DNA of 64,000 bases, taken from positions 3,129 through 67,128 of the forward strand of contig JAPLVF010000007.1 in NCBI GenBank assembly GCA_026397255.1, in the 5' to 3' direction. The translations under genes and the position numbers were made by a program. The notes beneath the pieces were generated by a model. The model searched no databases, was not told where the DNA came from, and worked only from the letters and a program-made list of their open reading frames with translations. The stretch comes from Candidatus Beckwithbacteria bacterium. Its GTDB lineage: Bacteria; Patescibacteriota; Microgenomatia; UBA1400; CG1-02-47-37. Shown here in pieces: positions 1 to 9,013 of this stretch. Numbering within the stretch: position 1 is the stretch's first letter; the number at the start of each line of letters is the position of its first letter.

Positions 1-10
1 AATAAACAGG

Positions 11-940
11 TTAATAGTTAGTGGTTGAAGTGCGGTGATAGGGTTTGGCGGCAGGATAAGTTTGGCTTAAATGCCAGATTGCATTGTCGATAAGGCAGGG
101 CGGTTGCTGGAGTTTAAAAGCCAGCAGTTCTCCGACCCAAATTGTGGCGGCTCTGATTTCAATCTCTTCTTGAGAATTTTTGGGAATAAGAATAAGATTA
201 TCAATTTTTTTAGCTAAAGAGCGTTGATAGTTTAAGACACCGAAAGAACGGAGAATCTGGGGCAACTTATAGTCGGCGAAGACAGTTAATTGATCAAGAC
301 CAGATATTTTTACTTCAGGCAGTAAAGAAAGATCATAAGCACAAATTTGAGCCCTTTTATAGAAGCGGTCATTGAAGGAGGGGAAATGTTTAATAACCAA
401 CTGAATGATGTTGATGGCCTTAAAGTCAGCTTGTTGGAGAAGGTAATGAAAATCACCTTTAAATTTTGTTTTTAGGATAAAACCGGCCTGCTGAAGAAAT
501 TTAAGCCTGGTTTTAAAAAGAGGAATTTGAGTTTGATTAGCGCTTCTAAAAATGTGCCGGCCTTGTTTTAAGTCAAGATTAATTAAGAATTGGCAGTTTA
601 ATAAAGGGGTATTTTCGGCAAGAGCCCGGTCAAAAACAGCCACTAGAGCTTCCCAGCCGTCAACAGGTTTTCCTGAAGGAGATTCAACTGTCCATTTTTT
701 TTGATTTTTTTTAGCCCAAAAACAAAAATTAACAGTGTTCAGTAAGAAGACTTTTTGGCAAGTATTTTGCAGTCGTCCAAATTGAGTTTGACTCAAAAGT
801 TGTTTTTTGTGAATAGCTTGAGAGACTTGTTGACTAAATTTAGTGAGACTGGTTTGGTTAATAGATACCAACTGGGATTTTTTTACTACTTGAGAGGCAG
901 TTGACCTAATTTTAAACGGATCAGAAAGAAGTTGGTTCAT
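11..940 (-). CDS. Queuosine salvage protein (DUF2419/Qng1-like queuosine-5'-phosphate N-glycosylase)
   Basis: Motifs NFCFW, FYKRAQI, LTVFADYKLPQILR, EEIEIRAAT typical of the Q-salvage family. Confidence 0.85.
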   Translation of the reverse strand: MNQLLSDPFKIRSTASQVVKKSQLVSINQTSLTKFSQQVSQAIHKKQLLSQTQFGRLQNTCQKVFLLNTVNFCFWAKKNQKKWTVESPSGKPVDGWEALVAVFDRALAENTPLLNCQFLINLDLKQGRHIFRSANQTQIPLFKTRLKFLQQAGFILKTKFKGDFHYLLQQADFKAINIIQLVIKHFPSFNDRFYKRAQICAYDLSLLPEVKISGLDQLTVFADYKLPQILRSFGVLNYQRSLAKKIDNLILIPKNSQEEIEIRAATIWVGELLAFKLQQPPCLIDNAIWHLSQTYPAAKPYHRTSTTNY

Positions 941-987
941 CGAGTGATTATAACATCTGTGGTTTAGGTCGAGTTTAAAATTGGCAG

Positions 988-1016
988 TTGAAAAATAAAT
1001 AATTATTGTTTAAGAT
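988..1016 (+). promoter_or_regulatory. sigma70-type promoter of rpsF operon
   Basis: TTGAAA-N17-TAAGAT, 9 nt before the rpsF ATG. Confidence 0.55.
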
Positions 1017-1025
1017 ATAAACTCA

Positions 1026-1310
1026 ATGCGAAAATACACACTAGCCTTGGTCCTAACAGAGGAACGGGACTTGACTCAACTTCTCTTTAAGGTAAAAGGC
1101 AAAATTACTAATACTAAAATTTTGGGTTCCCGGCCATTAGCCTACCGGATTAAAAAAGCCAGCGAAGGCTGGTATGGTTTTTTTGAGGTGGAGTTGCCGG
1201 AAACCCAAGTAAAAGAATTAAATAAATTATTAAAAGAAGACGAAAAAGTTTTAAGATTTTTACTAGTTAAAAAGGAGGGGGCCAGTTATGTCCAGCCGCT
1301 CATTGAATAA
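1026..1310 (+). CDS. rpsF: 30S ribosomal protein S6
   Basis: MRKY start, G.R.LAY.IKK..EG.Y, VLRFL; rpsF-ssb-rpsR synteny. Confidence 0.9.
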   Translation: MRKYTLALVLTEERDLTQLLFKVKGKITNTKILGSRPLAYRIKKASEGWYGFFEVELPETQVKELNKLLKEDEKVLRFLLVKKEGASYVQPLIE

Positions 1311-1836
1311 AGTTTTGTTAATCGGGAATTTGACCCGAGATCCGGAATTAAGATATACACCACAAGGGACGCCGGTTTGCACGTTTGGTTTAGCGACCAA
1401 CCGCAGTTGGCAGCCGTCAGCCGGAGGGGAAAGACAAGAAGAAACGGAATTTCACCGGATTGTCGCCTGGAATAAACTAGCCGAATTGTGTTCAGAGTTA
1501 TTGTTTAAAGGCAGAAAAGTGTTTGTGGAGGGGAGAATTCAAACCCGAAACTGGACTGATGCCCAGGGACAAGAAAGAACAACCGTAGAAGTCGTGATTG
1601 ATAATATGATTGTGTTGGATAATAAACGAAAAGACGGTCAACCTGGCGAAGAAGGGGCGTATGAGCAGAAAGAATATGCGGCGGAAACACCTCAACCTTC
1701 AGTCGAACCTGCTCCTGCTGAGGAAGTTCCCACAGTGCCAGCCGAGGAAGAAAAGCCCAAGGCAAAAACTAAAAAAGTGGAGAAGAAAGAAGAGCCGGCG
1801 GAACCAAAAGTTAATCCGGACGATATTCCTTTTTAA
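1288..1836 (+). CDS. ssb: Single-stranded DNA-binding protein
   Basis: LNKVLLIGNLTRDPELRYT; C-terminal DDIPF. Confidence 0.97.
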   Translation: MSSRSLNKVLLIGNLTRDPELRYTPQGTPVCTFGLATNRSWQPSAGGERQEETEFHRIVAWNKLAELCSELLFKGRKVFVEGRIQTRNWTDAQGQERTTVEVVIDNMIVLDNKRKDGQPGEEGAYEQKEYAAETPQPSVEPAPAEEVPTVPAEEEKPKAKTKKVEKKEEPAEPKVNPDDIPF

Positions 1837-1842
1837 ACTTTT

Positions 1843-2049
1843 ATGTTTAAAACCAAACAAAAATGCTATTTCTGTCAAAATAAAAAACTCCCTAATTATC
1901 TGGAATGGGAGATTTTGAAGAAATTTGTTTCTGACCGGGGTAAAATTTTGGCCGGGACAAAGACGGGTGTGTGCGCCAAACACCAACGCCGTCTGACAAA
2001 GTCGATTAAACAAGCGAGGCATTTGGCTTTACTGCCATTTGTGGGGTAA
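1843..2049 (+). CDS. rpsR: 30S ribosomal protein S18
   Basis: CYFC, SDRGKI, TGVCAKHQR..IKQARHLALLP. Confidence 0.95.
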   Translation: MFKTKQKCYFCQNKKLPNYLEWEILKKFVSDRGKILAGTKTGVCAKHQRRLTKSIKQARHLALLPFVG

Positions 2050-3239
2050 TGAAATTAACTCTAAGACAATTACGTTTAGGAATCGTGGTTTTGAGTTTGA
2101 TGCTGATTTCCGGCGGGATCGGTTGGAAGCTAGGCCGGTTAGACAGAGTCAGCAACCCAAAAAACGTTGATTTAACTCTGTTTTGGCAAGTCTGGAATAA
2201 ATTGGACCAGAGTTACTTAATTAAGGATAAATTAAAGCCGCAGGAGATGGTTTGGGGAGCAATTAAAGGGATGACCAGCTCGTTAGGAGATCCTTACACG
2301 GTGTTTTTGCCGCCGGAGGACAACCAATCGAGTAAAGAGGATTTAAACGGGACATTTGAGGGAGTGGGAATTGAGCTCGGGTTTAAAGACAATACGTTGG
2401 CGGTGGTGGCGCCGCTTTCCGGGATGCCGGCGGAAGCGGCGGGAATAAGAGCCGGGGATTATATTTTGCATATTAAGGATGCCAATAAGGGGATTGATCG
2501 GGACACGACCGATTTATCTTTGCCGGAAGCGGTGAAGCTGATTCGGGGGACTAAAGGAACAGAAGTAAGTTTAACCATCCTGCACGCAGGGGATAAAGAT
2601 TCAAAAGTGATTACTTTGAGACGGGATACGATTGTGGTTAAAAGCGTTGAGTTGCAGTGGGCGGGAACGAACAAAGATATTGCTTGGCTGAAACTTTCCC
2701 GTTTCGGCGGTCAAACAGATAAGGAATGGTCAGATGCCGTGGATAAGATCGTAGCCAAAGGACAAATCAAAGGTATAATTTTGGATTTGAGAAATAATCC
2801 CGGCGGTTATCTCCAGGGAGCGGTGAATTATGCCAGTGAGTTTTTAAAACAGGGGTCGGTGGTGGTAAAACAAGCCGAGGCGAATGGGAAAGAAGAAACT
2901 TACAGCGTGATTGGGTCGGGTCGGTTGCTGACCCAACCATTGGCGGTGTTAGTGAACCAAGGCAGCGCTTCATCAGCGGAAATTCTGGCTGGGACCCTCA
3001 GGGATTACCAACGTGCCAAACTAATCGGCGAGAAAACTTTTGGCAAAGGGACAGTGCAGGAAGCGTTAGATTTGGGCGGTGGTGCCGGACTGCACGTAAC
3101 GACAGCCAAATGGTTATTACCAAAAGGGCAGTGGGTAAATGACACCAAAGGGTTGACGCCGGATGTGGAAATTGCCGATAATAAAGAGACAACTGAAGAC
3201 GAAGCATTAAATAAAGCAATTGAGCTTTTTAATTTATGA
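2049..3239 (+). CDS. S41 family C-terminal processing protease (CtpA-like, PDZ)
   Basis: GDPYT, DLRNNPGG, SASSAEI, GEKTFGKG. Confidence 0.93.
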   Translation: MKLTLRQLRLGIVVLSLMLISGGIGWKLGRLDRVSNPKNVDLTLFWQVWNKLDQSYLIKDKLKPQEMVWGAIKGMTSSLGDPYTVFLPPEDNQSSKEDLNGTFEGVGIELGFKDNTLAVVAPLSGMPAEAAGIRAGDYILHIKDANKGIDRDTTDLSLPEAVKLIRGTKGTEVSLTILHAGDKDSKVITLRRDTIVVKSVELQWAGTNKDIAWLKLSRFGGQTDKEWSDAVDKIVAKGQIKGIILDLRNNPGGYLQGAVNYASEFLKQGSVVVKQAEANGKEETYSVIGSGRLLTQPLAVLVNQGSASSAEILAGTLRDYQRAKLIGEKTFGKGTVQEALDLGGGAGLHVTTAKWLLPKGQWVNDTKGLTPDVEIADNKETTEDEALNKAIELFNL

Positions 3240-3640
3240 AAGTGATTATTTTAAAAACAGGCGAAGTTAAAGAAGTGGCTTTAGGTTATGCGGTTAATTA
3301 TTTATTGCCGAAGAAATTGGCAGTGATAGCGACAAAACAGAAGTTGGAGGAGATAAAAAAGAAGACAGAAGAATTAAAATCGGCTAAGAACCAGGAAGAA
3401 ACCGCTGATCAACAGACAATGAAAAAACTGGAAGGGAAGGTAATAGAAATTAAGACACAGGCAGGGAAAAACGGCAAAATTCATGGCAGTATCACTAAAA
3501 AAGAAATTGCCAAAGAATTAAAAATATTAAAAACAAATATTATTTTAGAAGAACCGATTAAAAAAGTCGGCGAGTATGAGATAGAATTAAAATTTGGTAA
3601 GGCTAAAGGTAAAATAAAGTTAAAATTATCGGCTAAATGA
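3236..3640 (+). CDS. rplI: 50S ribosomal protein L9
   Basis: GEVKEVALGYAVNYLLP, GKIHGSIT, PIKKVG. Confidence 0.93.
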   Translation: MKVIILKTGEVKEVALGYAVNYLLPKKLAVIATKQKLEEIKKKTEELKSAKNQEETADQQTMKKLEGKVIEIKTQAGKNGKIHGSITKKEIAKELKILKTNIILEEPIKKVGEYEIELKFGKAKGKIKLKLSAK

Positions 3641-4761
3641 AAAGAAGAGGATTAATTTTCGCTGCTACAATTATTGTGATTGTTGTTTCGGCTTTTGGGG
3701 GAGCCAAGCTTTGGCCAGCTAAAAAAGGCGTTCAGGATAAGACAATTTATCGGGAAGTTTTACAGGAAGAAAATGTGATTACTAAAGTGGTGGATAGCGT
3801 GACACCTTCGGTGGTAACGGTAGGAGTAAAAAAAACTCAAAAAATTATTAAATTTGACCCGTTCGGGCTTTTTAGCCAACAAGTGTCGCCGCAAATAAAT
3901 GAACAAAATATCGAACAAGATATTGGGTCAGGGTTTGTCATTTCCGCCAATGATGGTTTAGTAATTACCAACAAGCACGTGGTGGCCGATTTGCAGGCAG
4001 AATACAAGGTGATTACGGCTGATAACACGGAAATGCCGGCAGAAAAAATTTACCGCGATCCGGTAAACGATTTAGCAATCATAAAAGTGACGCCGCCGGC
4101 AGGAAAACAATTAAAAGAAGTTAAATTAGGTAATTCGGATACGCTCAAGGTTGGTCAGACAGCGATTGCTATCGGAACAGCTTTAGGGGAATTTAGGTCG
4201 ACGGTGACCACTGGGGTGATTTCCGGTTTAGGCAGAGGAATTAATGCCGGTTCGCCTTTAGACGGTGCCAGTGAGCGGTTGGATAACGTGATTCAAACCA
4301 GTGCGGCGATCAATCCGGGCAACTCCGGCGGGCCGCTTCTCAATTCTTCGGGTGAAGTGATCGGGGTGAACGCGGCAGTATCCCAGACGGGCCAAAATAT
4401 CGGTTTTGCTCTGCCGATTAATATTGTTAAGGCTGCCCTAGATAATTTTAATCAAACCGGCAAGTTTTCCCGGCCGTTTTTAGGAGTGAAATATCAAATG
4501 TTAGACCAAAAAACGGCGATCTTGAATAGTGTGCCGCAAGGGGCTTATGTCGTGGAAGTTGTAGCCGCTTCTCCAGCGGATAAAGCGGCTGTGAAGAGCG
4601 GGGATATTATCACCCAAATTGACGGGGTAAAATTAGATGACAAAACCGGCGTGACGGAAATAATGGCAAATAAACGGGTGGGTGATGAAATTAACTTAAA
4701 AATTTATCGAGACGGAAAAGAAATAATTATTAAAGCGACGCTTCAGGAAGCGGGGGAGTAA
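3637..4761 (+). CDS. HtrA/DegP-like serine protease with PDZ domain
   Basis: GSGF, TNKHVV, DLA, AAINPGNSGGPL; N-terminal TM segment. Confidence 0.93.
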   Translation: MKRRGLIFAATIIVIVVSAFGGAKLWPAKKGVQDKTIYREVLQEENVITKVVDSVTPSVVTVGVKKTQKIIKFDPFGLFSQQVSPQINEQNIEQDIGSGFVISANDGLVITNKHVVADLQAEYKVITADNTEMPAEKIYRDPVNDLAIIKVTPPAGKQLKEVKLGNSDTLKVGQTAIAIGTALGEFRSTVTTGVISGLGRGINAGSPLDGASERLDNVIQTSAAINPGNSGGPLLNSSGEVIGVNAAVSQTGQNIGFALPINIVKAALDNFNQTGKFSRPFLGVKYQMLDQKTAILNSVPQGAYVVEVVAASPADKAAVKSGDIITQIDGVKLDDKTGVTEIMANKRVGDEINLKIYRDGKEIIIKATLQEAGE

Positions 4762-5652
4762 TTAGGTTAATTTTGAGGTTAAATCGTTAATTACAGGCAA
4801 CAAATTGCCTTCCATAATTCTATCCAGTTGTTTCCAGGATGTATTGATGCGGTGGTCGGTAACGCGATTTTGGGGGAAGTTATAAGTGCGGATTTTTTCC
4901 GAGCGGGAACCATGGCCGGCTAAATTTCTAGCTTGACCAATCGTGGCGGCGACTTTGTCTTTTTCCAGCTGATATAATTTTGAACGCAAGACGTCCAGGG
5001 CAATTTTGCGGTTTTGGTCCTGGAAGCGTTGAGTTTGGCAGGCAGTGATAATGCCGGTTGGTTTATGAGTAATTCTAACCGCAGTAGAGACTTTTTGAAC
5101 GTTTTGTCCGCCATGAGAAGAAGCATGAAAAAAAGTAATTTCAATGTCTTGAGGTTTAATAATTACATCAGTTTCTTTGACTTCCGGTAAAACCGCCACG
5201 GTGGCGGTAGAGGTATGAATTCGTCCCTGGGCTTCGGTAACCGGGACCCGCTGAACCCGATGGACGCCGGCTTCATATTGAAACAAAGAAAAGGCTCCGC
5301 CAGCTGGCGGATGGCCTTTTATTTTAATGACTCCGTCGTTAAGTTTAATTACTTCCAGTTTTTGGGAGTTGGCAAAGCGGGTATACATATTTTCCAAATC
5401 GCTGGCCCAAAGCTTGGCTTCTTCGCCGCCGGTACCGGGCCGGATTTCCAGAATCACATTACCCTGCGGCTGGTTAGTTTCGGCAACTTTTTTTTCAGGA
5501 GTTTGTGAAGCGAGTAAAGCTTGTTTCTGGGTCGTGAGATTGGTAATTTCCTCTTGGGCGAGTGGAGCCAATTGAGGATCAGAGAGCGATTCTTCTGCCT
5601 GTTGAATTAACTTATCGAGACGGTCTAACTCCAACTTCAAATAGTCGGTCAT
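4762..5652 (-). CDS. prfA: Peptide chain release factor 1 (shortened)
   Basis: [12 protein letters not shown] (PxT), [23 protein letters not shown]; downstream of rpmE. Confidence 0.93.
   Translation of the reverse strand: MTDYLKLELDRLDKLIQQAEESLSDPQLAPLAQEEITNLTTQKQALLASQTPEKKVAETNQPQGNVILEIRPGTGGEEAKLWASDLENMYTRFANSQKLEVIKLNDGVIKIKGHPPAGGAFSLFQYEAGVHRVQRVPVTEAQGRIHTSTATVAVLPEVKETDVIIKPQDIEITFFHASSHGGQNVQKVSTAVRITHKPTGIITACQTQRFQDQNRKIALDVLRSKLYQLEKDKVAATIGQARNLAGHGSRSEKIRTYNFPQNRVTDHRINTSWKQLDRIMEGNLLPVINDLTSKLT
5296..5311. repeat. Perfect 16-bp palindrome inside prfA
   Basis: TCCGCCAGCTGGCGGA; degenerate relative TCCGCCGGAGGCGAGA at ~15867. Confidence 0.7.
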
Positions 5653-5951
5653 GACTTATTCTGGGCAAACATTTCTTTGAGGGTTTGCGGACCTTCATCA
5701 ACTTTTTCCTGTTTCTTTCTTTGGCTTTTTTTGACGTATTGTTTAGTTCGAGCCGCTTTTTGTCTAGCTTGAAATTTTTCCACCCGGCCCATGGTGTCCA
5801 CATATTTCATTTGACCAGTAAAAAACGGGTGGCAGGCGCTGCAGATTTCCACTTTAATTTCCGGCAAGGTCGAGCCGGTAGTAAAGGTAGTGCCGCAGGC
5901 GCAGGTAACTTTAGCGTTAGGATAATACTGAGGGTGAATGTTTGGCTTCAT
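5649..5951 (-). CDS. rpmE: 50S ribosomal protein L31
   Basis: [22 protein letters not shown]. Confidence 0.96.
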   Translation of the reverse strand: MKPNIHPQYYPNAKVTCACGTTFTTGSTLPEIKVEICSACHPFFTGQMKYVDTMGRVEKFQARQKAARTKQYVKKSQRKKQEKVDEGPQTLKEMFAQNKS

Positions 5952-6859
5952 GAGTTACGATTATAGCGTTTCGGCCGGAATTCGGCAAGACAAACACCCA
6001 AGATGATAATTATAATGGCTAGAATCATGATTGGCGAGACGATTTCACTTAAAAATAACCAGGCAACCGGGATAGCGATAATCCCCTGAAGGTAAGTAAA
6101 CAAGCTGGCTTCGGAAGCCTCGATCAAATTTTGGCCGAAAAGAAATAAAGTTAAAGCGATAATTGAGCCGAAAATCGCCATATAACCGGAAGCGATGGCT
6201 ACCGGCGCCAAACGCAACAGATTAATTGAGGTTGATTGGTGAAAAAGAGATAAGAAAATATAAAAAGTTACCAGGGCAATTGAATAACTAAAACTGGTAA
6301 CAAATAATTTAGGAATTGATTGGTAAAGTTTTTTTGCCAGTAAAACATAAATTGTATAAATAATGTTGTAGGCAATAATAAGCAGATTGCCGCTAAAAGA
6401 AAAGCTGGCTTGATGATTTTTCCCGGTAATGAGCGGTTCTAAGATAAGAATAATTGTTCCTAAAAAACTAATGATTAGTCCGAACCATTCATGTTTTTCC
6501 TCTTTTTCGTGAAGAAAAATAATGCCGCCTAAAACGACAAAAATCGGACCGCTAGCGCCGATAAATGAGGCTTCCAAAGACGAGGTGCGTTGCAGACCAA
6601 GATAAAGAATTGGTAATAACAACGGGGTGCCTAAAAATTCTAAGGCAAAAATTTTTAAGAGGGTTTTTCCGGTGAATTTGAGTTTGAAAAGATAGTAAAT
6701 AAAAATAGGCAGAGTTAAAGGAGCGGCGATTAAGTAGCGGAAGTATAAGAATTGGTAAGGAGAGATGAGGGAAAGGGAAGGTTTCACAATCGGTAAAGCC
6801 GCACCCCAGATAATGGACATGGTCAACAGAGCTAGGTAGGCCTTAACGCGTGAGGACAT
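5948..6859 (-). CDS. EamA/DMT family transporter
   Basis: About 10 hydrophobic segments, IWG, duplicated halves ending LHEK / LSE. Confidence 0.85.
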   Translation of the reverse strand: MSSRVKAYLALLTMSIIWGAALPIVKPSLSLISPYQFLYFRYLIAAPLTLPIFIYYLFKLKFTGKTLLKIFALEFLGTPLLLPILYLGLQRTSSLEASFIGASGPIFVVLGGIIFLHEKEEKHEWFGLIISFLGTIILILEPLITGKNHQASFSFSGNLLIIAYNIIYTIYVLLAKKLYQSIPKLFVTSFSYSIALVTFYIFLSLFHQSTSINLLRLAPVAIASGYMAIFGSIIALTLFLFGQNLIEASEASLFTYLQGIIAIPVAWLFLSEIVSPIMILAIIIIILGVCLAEFRPKRYNRNS

Positions 6860-8048
6860 CGATTGCCTGCTGTAAAGTAAATGTTTCCTGCTTGCCGGTC
6901 TTCATGTCTTTGAGGGTGACTAAATCTTTGGTCACTTCTTCGTCGCCAAGCACTAAAACATAAGGAATAGCTTTATCGTTGGCATATTTAAACTGTTTAG
7001 CTAGTTTAGCTTGGGAATCCGGGTAAATGTCGGTGTTAATCTTATTTTGGCGCAATTTTTGAGTAAGAGTTTGAGAATTGGTTAAATAATCAGGATTAAA
7101 AATGGTGACTAAAACTTTGGTTTTGGTAGTAATTTTGGGGAATAATTTTAATTCATCCATGGCCAAAATTGTCCGGTCAAAGCCGACGCTAAAACCAACA
7201 GCGGGAACTTGGCGGTTAGAAAATTTGGCGACTAAGCTGTCAAAGCGTTCGCAGCCAGCTAGAGAACCAGTGGTAAAATTTTCATCAATAATTTCCCAAA
7301 TCGTAGCGTTGGAATAGGAAAAAGAACGGGCCAGGGTGGGTTTAAACCGATAGTTATCTTTAAAGCCATAATTATCTAAATATTCAAAAATAGCTTTAAG
7401 ATTGGCATTAGGTTGGTTGTTTTTGACCTTCTCGAGAATGGTTGAGTCAAAGCCTTTTTGGGTGAGTTCTTTAATGACGCCTTCATCTCCGATTTTGTCC
7501 AGTTTATCGATGGCCACAATGGCCGGATAGGGAATATCTTTATAAAGATCGCGGTCGTTAATAATGGCGATTGGTTTGGTAAAACCTAAGTTTTTAAAAA
7601 TATCAATGGTTAAGGCGATGGTTTCGGCATCGGCCGTGCGGTTATCCACCCCAAAAATATCAGCATCGCACTGTAAAAACTCGCGGTAGCGGCCTTTTTG
7701 CGGTTTTTCCGAGCGCCAAACGGTTTGAATCTGGTAGCGTTTAAAGGGAAGAGAAATTTTGTCAGGGTATTGGGCAATGACGCGGCAGGTAGGGACAGTT
7801 TGGTCGTAACGCAAGGCCACTTTTCGGCCGCCTTGGTCAGTAAATTTAAAAAATAATTTTTCGTCTTCGCCGATTTGCCCCTCAAAAGTCTCCAAATATT
7901 CAACGGCCGGAGTTTCCAGAGGTTCAAAGCCGTACAATTCAAAAGTCCGCCGGATAATATCAATGGCGTATTGGCGTTTTAAGGCATCTTGGGGCAAAAA
8001 ATCCCGGAAGCCTTTGAGGGTTTGCGGTTTAATGAGTTTTGCTTTCAT
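6843..8048 (-). CDS. hisS: Histidine--tRNA ligase
   Basis: KGFRDFLP, LRYDQTVP, GRYREFLQCDAD, C-terminal anticodon domain. Confidence 0.96.
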   Translation of the reverse strand: MKAKLIKPQTLKGFRDFLPQDALKRQYAIDIIRRTFELYGFEPLETPAVEYLETFEGQIGEDEKLFFKFTDQGGRKVALRYDQTVPTCRVIAQYPDKISLPFKRYQIQTVWRSEKPQKGRYREFLQCDADIFGVDNRTADAETIALTIDIFKNLGFTKPIAIINDRDLYKDIPYPAIVAIDKLDKIGDEGVIKELTQKGFDSTILEKVKNNQPNANLKAIFEYLDNYGFKDNYRFKPTLARSFSYSNATIWEIIDENFTTGSLAGCERFDSLVAKFSNRQVPAVGFSVGFDRTILAMDELKLFPKITTKTKVLVTIFNPDYLTNSQTLTQKLRQNKINTDIYPDSQAKLAKQFKYANDKAIPYVLVLGDEEVTKDLVTLKDMKTGKQETFTLQQAIDVLTR

Positions 8049-8066
8049 ATTAAAAATTTAGAGTCC

Positions 8067-8090
8067 TTAATAATCATTTTATCATGTTAA
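8067..8090 (-). promoter_or_regulatory. Extended -10 promoter of hisS overlapping a candidate operator
   Basis: Minus strand TTAACATGATAAAATG: TGn-TAAAAT plus pseudo-palindrome TTAwCATGwTAA also seen at 10687-10698. Confidence 0.45.
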
Positions 8091-8110
8091 GAGCTTCTTT
8101 TACATTTTAT

Positions 8111-9013
8111 TTATTTAAGGGCTGTGATTAAATGTTGATAAAATGCTTTTTTGTCTATTGCAGTTACTAGATTGATTAGGCTTTGAGAATTAAATTGGCC
8201 AATTGTTTGACCATCAGGAGTAATTGTGAGAATAATTTTTTTACTACTGGAAATAATTTTTGGATCAATTAAAATGGCTGCCGCTAAGGGATCATAAAAA
8301 TCAATAAAATCTCTGCGATTATTAATGATGATAGTTTTAATAATTTCCCCGGCGGCCGTTTGAGGCTTGGCCAAAACTACTTGTTTTAAAAACTGTTTAT
8401 CTTTGGCACGAGCTTGGTTGGTGGTGTCGGTAGCAATTAAAGTAATAGGCAAGCCTGAAGAGAAAACAATTTTTGCTGCGTTTGGATCTAAGGCAATGTT
8501 GTACTCGCATAAATAGTCGGGTGGAATGTTCCCTGACATAAAAATAGCTCCACCCATAATAATAATCTGTTTAACATTTTTTTTAATAATTGTTGAATTT
8601 TGTATTATTTTGGCAATGTTGGTTAAAGGACCAAGGCAGAGAATTGATATTGGTGATGTGGAAGAATTTAAAAATCTGAATAAATTTCTGTTTAAAGTTT
8701 TGACACAAATTTTTTTAAATGGACTTTTGGGTAGGGGAATGTCTTTGAGTAAGGTAAGATTATTGGCCCGTTGACGGTCAATTTTAGGGAAATCTAATTT
8801 CTGTTGAGGAGGGTTAAATCCTTGATAAATAGGTATGGTGGTTTCCCTCAACAAGGTTAAAAGACGAGCAAGGTTTTGAGTCCCAGTGGTAAGATCGGCA
8901 ACCCCTCTGACTGTACTAATTGTTTTAATATTTATATCTTTATTATTAAGGAGTAAAGCGATGGCAATAATGTCGTCTATTCCCATGTCAGTATCAATTA
9001 GAATATCTTTCAT
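8111..9013 (-). CDS. Nucleoside hydrolase (IU-NH family)
   Basis: ILIDTDMGIDD, LGPLTNIA, IMGG, EYN..DP.AA, YDPLAA. Confidence 0.92.
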   Translation of the reverse strand: MKDILIDTDMGIDDIIAIALLLNNKDINIKTISTVRGVADLTTGTQNLARLLTLLRETTIPIYQGFNPPQQKLDFPKIDRQRANNLTLLKDIPLPKSPFKKICVKTLNRNLFRFLNSSTSPISILCLGPLTNIAKIIQNSTIIKKNVKQIIIMGGAIFMSGNIPPDYLCEYNIALDPNAAKIVFSSGLPITLIATDTTNQARAKDKQFLKQVVLAKPQTAAGEIIKTIIINNRRDFIDFYDPLAAAILIDPKIISSSKKIILTITPDGQTIGQFNSQSLINLVTAIDKKAFYQHLITALK

